DNA of 64,000 nt from a bacterium. GTDB lineage: Bacteria; Auribacterota; JABMQX01. Positions 48,975 through 56,534 of the stretch are shown in pieces. The stretch lies in the NCBI GenBank assembly GCA_030691545.1, contig JAUYEE010000058.1:2041-66040 (forward strand). The letters are read 5' to 3'. The notes beneath the pieces are model-generated. The model saw only the letters and a program-made list of their open reading frames with translations. It was not told where the DNA came from and did no database searches. Position numbers and translations under genes: made by a program. Numbering within the stretch: position 1 is the stretch's first letter; every line of letters starts with the position of its first letter.

Positions 48975-49014
48975 AAGCCGCGCATCGCATCAACTGCGGT
49001 GCGCGGCTTTTTTT
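48975..49014 (+). terminator. Intrinsic terminator of the TIM-barrel/DUF6807/NCS1 operon
   Basis: AAGCCGCGCATCGCA-loop-TGCGGTGCGCGGCTT followed by a T run. Confidence 0.85.
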
Positions 49015-49112
49015 CATTCACCGCGGCCTGCCCGATCACTCGATCGGTCTTTAGCATGCTTATCTTTGCGTTCTCCCCGTGTGGAAATGAAGGGAGGTAA
49101 ACGGCCATGGAG

Positions 49113-49289
49113 ACCGCACAGGACGCAGAGAGTGTAATTCTTACTGCCTCTGCATTCTCCGCGCTCTCTGCGGTTTCTCGGTCCCCCATATCCGCAATGC
49201 CGAACCCCCAATTCCCCTTCGTGTCCTTAGCGTCCTTCGTGGCTTTCCTTCCTCTGCGTTCTCCGCGCTCTGCGCGTCCTCTGCGGTTT
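49113..49289. repeat. Cluster of CGCAGAG / CTCTGCG family repeats
   Basis: CCGCACAGGACGCAGAG..., CTCTGCATTCTCCGCGCTCTCTGCGGT and CTCTGCGTTCTCCGCGCTCTGCGCGTCCTCTGCGGTT. Confidence 0.7.
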
Positions 49290-51108
49290 ATCGGGCGCCC
49301 CTATCGTCTGATGAAGGACGGATGATGCGAAGAAGGGCGATTCCGGACGCAAGAAAGACTGCCGAGAGAATTAGCCCTACAGTGGTCCTGCCGTACAAAA
49401 GCGAGCCGGTTGCGAAAAGGGCAGAGTAAACGGTCACGCTGGCAATGACCCAGCCAAGAAGACTCTCCGTCAGGCGGTCGGGACTCTTGACTTCCGGGGC
49501 CTCGCGGGCAATGGGTTTCCAGCCGGGACCGGCGGGACGTACGTGGCGGTAGAATTTCACGAGCGTCTCGCGGGAGGTCGGGCGAGTCAGAAATGTCACC
49601 GCGAGCCACGTGATGCTGGTGACGCAGACCGTCCCCAGGAGCTTCCAGTGGTCGGCAAGGTTCACCTTGCCATCCGGGCCGGCAACAGCCACAAAGTCCC
49701 AGCGACTCGCAATCGAAGGGCCGCATACCCAGAGGAAGAGTGAAGCGGCAGTGGCGGCGATCATCGCCGAAATCTCGCTCCAGGCATTCACTCTCCACCA
49801 AAACCATCGCAGGAGAAAAATCAATCCCGTCCCCGCCCCGACCAGAAGCATGATCTCAAAATTCCTCGCGGCGCTTTTCAGGAGGAATGACACGGCGCCT
49901 GCCAAGACCATCAAGCCTACGGTCGTGAGGCGAGAGACGAGAATGTAGTGTTTCTCGCTGGCGGCGGGCCTCAGGAAGCGCTTGTAAAAATCGTTGACGA
50001 CGTACGATGCGCCCCAGTTCAGATGCGTGTCAATCGTGGACATGTACGCCGCGATCAGAGAAGCCGTCATCAGGCCAAGAAATCCGTGGGGCAGAAACCT
50101 CAGCATCGCCGGATAGGCGATGTCGTGTCTCACGAGGTCCTTGGCGACGTTGGGAAACGCTGATTTTATGTCCGAAAGCTGTGGAAAGACGAGCATGGAC
50201 GAGAGCGCGACGAGAATCCACGGCCAGGGCCTGAGGGCGTAATGAGCGACGTTGAACCACAGCACCGAAAGCATGGAATGGCGCTCGTTTTTACAGGCAA
50301 CCATTCGCTGAGCGACGTAGGCGCCGCCTCCGGGCTCCGAGCCGGGATACCACACTGCCCACCAGCTCACCAGCAGTGGAACCAGGAACACTCCGATCAG
50401 GAGTTGAAAATCGCCGGATGGGGGGAAGAGATTCAGCTTCTTGATGTCCAATTTCTCCAGGAGCCCCCCAAGCCCTCCGACAGCGGGGTGCGAGAGCGAA
50501 TAATAGGCGGCGGTAAAGGCGCCCACCATAGCTAAGACGAATTGGAAAAGGTCCGTAATCACAACGCCCCATAGTCCGGAGGCGACCGAGTAGATCAAAG
50601 CGACCAGTCCGCAAAGGAGGACCATCGTCCATTGGCTCCAGCCGAACAGAATCTGCCCGATCTTCGTTGCGGCCAGGGTCACCGACGCCATAACCAGCAC
50701 GTTGAAAAAGACGCCGAGGTATATCGCGCGAAATCCTCGAACGAAAGCCGCCGGACGGCCCGAGTACCGCAGCTCGTAGAATTCGATGTCCGTCAGAACC
50801 CCAGACCGGCGCCACATCCGGGCATAGAAGAAGACGGTCATCATGCCGGAAAGGAGGAATGCCCACCATTTCCAGTTGCCGAAGACGCCGCCTGTTGCGC
50901 GCATGAGGTCGGTGACCAAGAGGGGCGTATCCGTCGAGAACGTCGTGGCCACCATGGAAGTGCCAGCAATCCACCACGGCAGCGAGCGACCCGACGCGAA
51001 AAACTCCGTCAGCCCGCCTCCGGCGCGCCTCATGTAAGCCAACCCGATCAAAAGGGCGAAAAGCAAATAGCCCGCGATGATTGCCCAATCACCTGTGGAA
51101 AGCTGCAA
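49288..51108 (-). CDS. Sodium:solute symporter (SSS) family
   Basis: FFASGRSLPWW, SMVATTFS, QRMVAC, AAYMST; TTG start with GGAGG RBS. Confidence 0.92.
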   Translation of the reverse strand: MQLSTGDWAIIAGYLLFALLIGLAYMRRAGGGLTEFFASGRSLPWWIAGTSMVATTFSTDTPLLVTDLMRATGGVFGNWKWWAFLLSGMMTVFFYARMWRRSGVLTDIEFYELRYSGRPAAFVRGFRAIYLGVFFNVLVMASVTLAATKIGQILFGWSQWTMVLLCGLVALIYSVASGLWGVVITDLFQFVLAMVGAFTAAYYSLSHPAVGGLGGLLEKLDIKKLNLFPPSGDFQLLIGVFLVPLLVSWWAVWYPGSEPGGGAYVAQRMVACKNERHSMLSVLWFNVAHYALRPWPWILVALSSMLVFPQLSDIKSAFPNVAKDLVRHDIAYPAMLRFLPHGFLGLMTASLIAAYMSTIDTHLNWGASYVVNDFYKRFLRPAASEKHYILVSRLTTVGLMVLAGAVSFLLKSAARNFEIMLLVGAGTGLIFLLRWFWWRVNAWSEISAMIAATAASLFLWVCGPSIASRWDFVAVAGPDGKVNLADHWKLLGTVCVTSITWLAVTFLTRPTSRETLVKFYRHVRPAGPGWKPIAREAPEVKSPDRLTESLLGWVIASVTVYSALFATGSLLYGRTTVGLILSAVFLASGIALLRIIRPSSDDRGAR

Positions 51109-51196
51109 TTGTCAACCCTCCTTGTTAGCCGCACAGGACGCAGAGGGCCGTATGAAGAATGTGGCCCTTTCTCTGCATGCACTGCGCTTTTCTGTG

Positions 51197-51754
51197 TCAA
51201 TTCTGAGCCGTCACGGTGCGCGCGTTCTCTCCGCCGGCCTGCGAAAAAGCCGTCAGGAAGACCGCCCGCATCCGCACTCCCTGAACCGTTCCCGTGACCG
51301 CATCCGCCGCCCGGAAATCATACCCGCGCCGTCCCTTAAAGTACGCCACCCAATACGGATAGTAAATTCTTTCTGACTCGAGGAGTTCCTTGACGCGAGC
51401 CTTACCCCTGAACCGCGATCTCTGGCGAAGAACATGCCAGCGGAGATTCTCCAAACACACTCGTCGGGACTCTTCCAGCGAAACGCAAAACGGGAGCGCC
51501 GTCCCCGAAACCCGGTCGGAAAGCTCCAGCTCGGCGCCGTCGAAAAAGGAGAAACCCGAAGAGATTCCATCGGTGCAGGCCAAAACCGTGTGCTCGTCGT
51601 CCCCCTGCGCCACCGACGCCCTGTGGAGATAGTAGGGCAGATATACAAGCTCCAGCTTTCTCATCTCGCGCTTTCGTCCGAGCGACAGCCTGCGACGCTT
51701 CGGGAGGATTTTTTTCGCCCGCTCCATGGAGATTTTTGGCACAACGAATCTCAA
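51197..51754 (-). CDS. Hypothetical basic protein (185 aa)
   Basis: ORF in an operon with membrane genes; duplicated LVYLPYY / RIYYPYW motif. Confidence 0.65.
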   Translation of the reverse strand: MRFVVPKISMERAKKILPKRRRLSLGRKREMRKLELVYLPYYLHRASVAQGDDEHTVLACTDGISSGFSFFDGAELELSDRVSGTALPFCVSLEESRRVCLENLRWHVLRQRSRFRGKARVKELLESERIYYPYWVAYFKGRRGYDFRAADAVTGTVQGVRMRAVFLTAFSQAGGENARTVTAQN

Positions 51755-51831
51755 GGCTCTTCCCTTTCAACGAGAGCGCCCGCCCTGCGCGTTGTGTGCG
51801 AGCTGTCCGGTCGCGCCACCCGGGGAGACTT

Positions 51832-52410
51832 TCAATCGCCGAGGAGAAAGTAGATGATTGCCTGAGCAACCATGACGACGAGCGTCCATAGCCGAATGTC
51901 TCGCCATCTCTTTCTGTCGGGGGCGCCTTCGAAGACCGTATCGCCGTGAACAAGCCAGACCACGGCGGCGATAACCAAGAATCCGATTGCCGAGAATATC
52001 GCCACCCAAGCGCGAGCAGCGGAGGCAACAATCCCTCTCATCCAAAAACCAGCAGATTTGAGCGCATCCACTACTGCGACGTAAGCTTCTGCACGAGCCT
52101 GGGAGGACGAAGGGGAAAGACACAACGCGACAACAACCGATGCTCCCGCCAGCACTGCGAAGAGGATTATCGGGGGCCACCAGGCTCCCCGATGCCGAAT
52201 TGCCCCCCGAAGAAACATTCCACTGCCCGCCGCCATCAGAATCAATGACGAAAACAGATTCGTGAGCCTGCCGCTGCGTGTTGTCCCAACCACCATCGCG
52301 ACGAGAAGAAGGACCGCAAAAAAGACGATAAAACCCCCGATAAGCTGGAGCACATGCATTTCGTTTTGTTGTGGCGAGGTATCCCTTTTATCTTCCACGG
52401 GGTTCTCCAT
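51832..52410 (-). CDS. Hypothetical membrane protein (about 5 TM)
   Basis: Starts 3 nt after the SSS stop; multiple hydrophobic helices. Confidence 0.7.
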   Translation of the reverse strand: MENPVEDKRDTSPQQNEMHVLQLIGGFIVFFAVLLLVAMVVGTTRSGRLTNLFSSLILMAAGSGMFLRGAIRHRGAWWPPIILFAVLAGASVVVALCLSPSSSQARAEAYVAVVDALKSAGFWMRGIVASAARAWVAIFSAIGFLVIAAVVWLVHGDTVFEGAPDRKRWRDIRLWTLVVMVAQAIIYFLLGD

Positions 52411-52413
52411 GCC

Positions 52414-53949
52414 CTATTTTTCGGCTCTCTGTTCGAGCGCGTGCTGAATCGCCTTGTCCTTTACAGTCAGTCCATAAACGAGCCCAAGAAGTCTCTCGAC
52501 TGGGTAGGGTTTCGTGAAGAGGCTGACGAGCGTTGTTACCACCAATGACCCGACAAATGACCACCATGCTATGTAAAGGAACGGATTTTCGCAGATGAAA
52601 ATGTCTTTTTTCATGAGGAAAAGGATGGCCGAAATGGTGACGCCCGAAGCCAATCCCGCCAATCCTCCCCATTGCGTCGTCCTTCGCCAGAGCATCCCCA
52701 GAAGGAGGATCGCGAGGGTCGGCCCCTGGAAAAATGACAGAAGCGTCTGCATCGCCACGTAAATCCCCGGGAACTTACTGGTCACAGGTGCGAACCCAAC
52801 GGCAAGCAGCACGAACACGACGGTCAACACCCTTCCGACGACGAGGTAATGGGAATCAGAGGCGTCACGGCGAAGGAACCTCTGGTAGATATCTCTTGTC
52901 CACAGAGTTGCGGCGGAATTCAGATACGAGTCCACGGTGGACATCAGGGCGGCGAAGAACGCCGCGAACACCAGGCCCATCAAGCCGGGCGGGAGAAGCT
53001 CCTTCATCAGTATGGGCAGAGCTTCGTCCGGGTTTTCCAGACCGGGATGCAGCGCCAGCGAGATGAGCCCGGGCAAAACGATGAAGACGGGGATGAAGAG
53101 CTTCAGAAAGGCGCCCCAGAGCATTCCGGCTTTGGCATCCCATTCGCTTCTGGCGCCGAGGCTTCTCTGGATGATAGCCTGATTGCCGATCCAATAGGCT
53201 GTTGCGAGGACCACCGTCAGCCCCAGCATGATGCCAGTCCACGGGTAGGGGCTTTTAGTATCCACAGGAAGCAGAAGCTTGAAATGGTCGCCGTACCCTG
53301 TCCCCAGGGCATGCACCTTCTCGACAAGCCCGGACCAGCCGCCAACTTTGGACAAGCCCAGAATTACGAGGGCCGCTCCCCCTACAAACATGATGATGCA
53401 CTGAACCACGTCTGTGATCACCACCGCGGAGAGACCGCCCGAAAAGGTGTATATCCCGACGACGGAGGCTGTCAAAATGATGGACGTCCACACCCCCCAG
53501 CCCAGTAACGGCTTGAGCATGACAGCCGTGGTCCACAGGAAAATCCCCAAGTTGCAGATCATGAACACGCCCCACAGGAGAGCTTCCGCCGCGCGGACAG
53601 AATCGTTGTACCGCCGTCCGAGGTACTCCGGGATGGTATAGACGCCAGCTCGCCAGTAGTAGGGAACGAAGATGAAGGCGGCAAGAATCATCCCCGGAAT
53701 GCAGCCAATCCAGTCGAAGTTCGCCTGAACAAGGCCGTATCGGTAGGCGCCCCCGGAGGCGCCGACGAAATCGTAGGCGCCGATGTCGGTGGCCACAACC
53801 GACATTCCAATGGCCCACCACGGGAGCAATCTGCCCGCGAGGAAGTAGTCTTTTGACGAGCGGACATATTTGCCAAGGATGGTCCCCAGGGCGAGGACTC
53901 CGAACATGTAAAAAAAGATAATCGTTGTATCAATAAACGAAAGCGTCAA
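52414..53949 (-). CDS. Sodium:solute symporter (SSS, SGLT-like)
   Basis: DYFLAGRLLPWW, GIYTFSGGLSAVVITD, QRSLGAR, AALMSTVDS. Confidence 0.93.
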   Translation of the reverse strand: MTLSFIDTTIIFFYMFGVLALGTILGKYVRSSKDYFLAGRLLPWWAIGMSVVATDIGAYDFVGASGGAYRYGLVQANFDWIGCIPGMILAAFIFVPYYWRAGVYTIPEYLGRRYNDSVRAAEALLWGVFMICNLGIFLWTTAVMLKPLLGWGVWTSIILTASVVGIYTFSGGLSAVVITDVVQCIIMFVGGAALVILGLSKVGGWSGLVEKVHALGTGYGDHFKLLLPVDTKSPYPWTGIMLGLTVVLATAYWIGNQAIIQRSLGARSEWDAKAGMLWGAFLKLFIPVFIVLPGLISLALHPGLENPDEALPILMKELLPPGLMGLVFAAFFAALMSTVDSYLNSAATLWTRDIYQRFLRRDASDSHYLVVGRVLTVVFVLLAVGFAPVTSKFPGIYVAMQTLLSFFQGPTLAILLLGMLWRRTTQWGGLAGLASGVTISAILFLMKKDIFICENPFLYIAWWSFVGSLVVTTLVSLFTKPYPVERLLGLVYGLTVKDKAIQHALEQRAEK

Positions 53950-54000
53950 TTGCTTGTTCCTGTCCGGCCTCGGCAGTTTGTGAGGTTCACTGCGCTACCC

Positions 54001-54084
54001 GAGTAGCTGCCGAGCGGGCAGGATATTTCGCCAGCAATGAGACCCTTCGGTACCAGCGAACTCCCGCCCGCTCGGGCAATACTC
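54001..54084. repeat. GTAG-tagged imperfect inverted repeat (REP-like)
   Basis: GAGTAGCTGCCGAGCGGGCAGGA aligns with the reverse complement of 54061-54084, GAGTATTGCCCGAGCGGGCGGGA. Confidence 0.55.
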
Positions 54085-54106
54085 CCAGCAAGCACGCAAA
54101 ATCCTG

Positions 54107-55642
54107 TCATTGCGCGACGGCTTTCAGGAAGACGGGGTCCGGTCCCACCTGCATCTCGAATCGGCTGTCGCTGTATCGTTTGAACGGAATTCTCCGCCCG
54201 ATGACGTCGAGGGCTTCCGCATCTGCGGCGTTCAGGACAAACTTCGTCTGCTGCTGCTCCTTCGCCCAGAGCACGGCGATTTCACGCTCACCGTCCTTGA
54301 AGACATAGCATTCCACGCCATCGCCGGACGCCTCGACCTCTCTCAGGAACTTCCCCTCGCCTAACACGTACGTCAAGTTGCATAAGGCGACATAAGCCGG
54401 CCGCGGCGTGAAGTCCTTGTTCACAGTACCGTAATTCCGGCCGGCTTCATCGTAATCGGAGAAAATGAAATAGAAAAACCGCTCCGCTCCGTTCGCCAGC
54501 CCGTACACATAGGCCTTCACGAGATACGCCGCCTCCGGCCGCAGCGTCTCGTAATCACCCTTCTTTGCCACAGGATGCACCGCCCCCATTTCCGTGACCC
54601 ATATCGGCTTGCGAACGCCGTACTTCTCCATAAGGTTTTTATGGAATCGGAGACGGTGTACGACACCAATCGGATCGCCATAGTAATGGACGTTGTAGAT
54701 GTCGAAGGAATCGGCTATTCCCGCTTCGAAGATTCTCTCCGCGAACTCCCCCGGCGCCATCGCGAACGAACATACGAGAACCTTCGCCTGCGGGTCCGCC
54801 TTCTTGATTTCCGGATACGTCGCCTTCAACGCCGCCGCGTACTCCTCCGGCTTCCCGATGTAGAAAACCTCAATGTCCGGCTCGTTCCATATCTCCCAGT
54901 ACTTCACTCTGTCCTTGAAATGCCCCACCATGTTTCGGAAAAAGTCGCCCATGTCCTCAGGCTTGGCGGGGGCGTAACGGTGGTCCCTTTTCCCTGAGGC
55001 CCACATCGGGCAGTCGTGGAATATCTGGTAAACGGTCAGAGTAGCATTGTGTTGAATCGTCGCGCTCGTGTCGTACCATCCCCATTTGTACGCGCCCTTC
55101 TGAGGCTCGACCTGCGACCAACTGAACCGGTCTCGCACGCACGAGATTCCAGCAAGCCGGACGAGCTCGGAAGCGGCTTTCAAGTCTTTCTCGGTTTTGA
55201 AGAACCAGCTCGCCGCGACATCTATCGCAAAAGGAGATGACTCGCTATACTTCCGCTTTTCCGGCCCGACGACAACGGCATAACTACTCTCCGCCTTGGA
55301 AACCAGTTCACCGTCCTTGACGACCTCTGCCCGGACCGCGTAATAGCCGAGACCTTGAACCCCGAGCTCGACATCCGCCACAGCCCGCCCGCCGCCATAG
55401 CGGCTCTTCGTCACTGTCCCCACAACCTTCCCGTCGAAATCCACCGACTGAATCTTCAGCTCGCCGTCGCTCGGCAGATTTTCTGCGGTGATCATGAAGT
55501 TGACCTTCTCCCCCTCAAAGAACACGTTCCCCCTTTTCTGGGAGGAGATGACTAACGTACCCGGCGTCTTCTCAGTTGCGGTTGAGAACGTTCCCAACAT
55601 GCAGAGTAGAAGCAGGAACGGCACAAAGCACAAAGTTTTCAT
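54107..55642 (-). CDS. Secreted clan GH-A glycoside hydrolase (GH39/GH5-like)
   Basis: Signal peptide; VRDRFSWSQVEP, YWEIWNEPD (acid/base), NVHYY, PIWVTEMG (nucleophile). Confidence 0.82.
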   Translation of the reverse strand: MKTLCFVPFLLLLCMLGTFSTATEKTPGTLVISSQKRGNVFFEGEKVNFMITAENLPSDGELKIQSVDFDGKVVGTVTKSRYGGGRAVADVELGVQGLGYYAVRAEVVKDGELVSKAESSYAVVVGPEKRKYSESSPFAIDVAASWFFKTEKDLKAASELVRLAGISCVRDRFSWSQVEPQKGAYKWGWYDTSATIQHNATLTVYQIFHDCPMWASGKRDHRYAPAKPEDMGDFFRNMVGHFKDRVKYWEIWNEPDIEVFYIGKPEEYAAALKATYPEIKKADPQAKVLVCSFAMAPGEFAERIFEAGIADSFDIYNVHYYGDPIGVVHRLRFHKNLMEKYGVRKPIWVTEMGAVHPVAKKGDYETLRPEAAYLVKAYVYGLANGAERFFYFIFSDYDEAGRNYGTVNKDFTPRPAYVALCNLTYVLGEGKFLREVEASGDGVECYVFKDGEREIAVLWAKEQQQTKFVLNAADAEALDVIGRRIPFKRYSDSRFEMQVGPDPVFLKAVAQ

Positions 55643-56071
55643 GTTGTTTTCCCGGCTGTTGAATTTCGAGCCAAATGTCCGAGGCTAAGGCATTCGCCTG
55701 CCCGAACCGTCAACGTACCCTCACCCTCACGGTGACAGACGCCATGCGCGAAGGTGACGATGGCTCAACGGAGTAGCACAACCCGCCGAACATTTCAATC
55801 AAAACCTGTGGTGAAATTGCACGTGGGTGGAGGGTTCCTGGCAGGACTCCTTAACGGTCCTGACCGCTGCTCGGTTCCTGTTCCGGTGTCCACCCCTGTC
55901 TCAGTGATCGCAAGCGACGTGGGACAGGTGCGGCCGTATTCCGGCGGCAACGCTGCCTGCCCGTGACGCGTGAAGCGAGTATGCAGGCGGGACAGGCAGC
56001 GGTTGAGTTCAAACGCCTGCGAAGGCCCCACGGCCAGGGAGCACCCGGAAAGGTTCACGAGGGTCAGTTAT

Positions 56072-56393
56072 TGCGCCCTTACAGGGCTGGCATTTTTGAG
56101 CGGTTTCCCGACCCAGGGCGTTGCCCTGGGCTAAGTACTATGTCTCATAAATTCGGTCACGTATTCACGGATGAATCCGGATGGTCGAGAAGCCCGGCTA
56201 AAGCCGGCTCCGGCCAACAAGGTTCGCTTCCCCCATACCACCGCCTGAAGACGGTGGCTAAAGGAGGATGCCGGCTCAAGCCCGGCAAGCCAGGGCGTCG
56301 TTTAGGCTGAGTCTTGACGATCCGGACCGCCGCGTACAATATGTGACCGTATTTGCGAAAGCCTGTACTAAGGTATTGCGGCCCGTTGGGGCT
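56072..56393. repeat. Composite palindromic element interrupted by MITE copy 3
   Basis: TGCGCCCTTACAGGGCT, CCCAGGGCGTTGCCCTGGG and, after the insertion, GCCCGTTGGGGCT. Confidence 0.6.
56134..56369 (+). mobile_element. Non-autonomous palindromic MITE-like element, copy 3, with imperfect terminal inverted repeats of about 30 bp
   Basis: Left TACTATGTCTCATAAATTCGGTCACGTATT vs reverse complement of right TACAGGCTTTCGCAAATACGGTCACATATT (21/30 by hand). CTAAG occurs at both junctions; core shared with 7158 and 29128. Confidence 0.8.
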
Positions 56394-56534
56394 TAGCCCG
56401 TGTCCGCACAGAAGCTGTGAAGCAGCATAACAACAATCTGCCACGGAACAGCGGCCACACGCCGTGGGACCTCTGGAATGGTCTCCTGGTTTCAGGTATG
56501 ATGGTTCGGAAAAGAGGCGTTCTGGAGAACTTCG

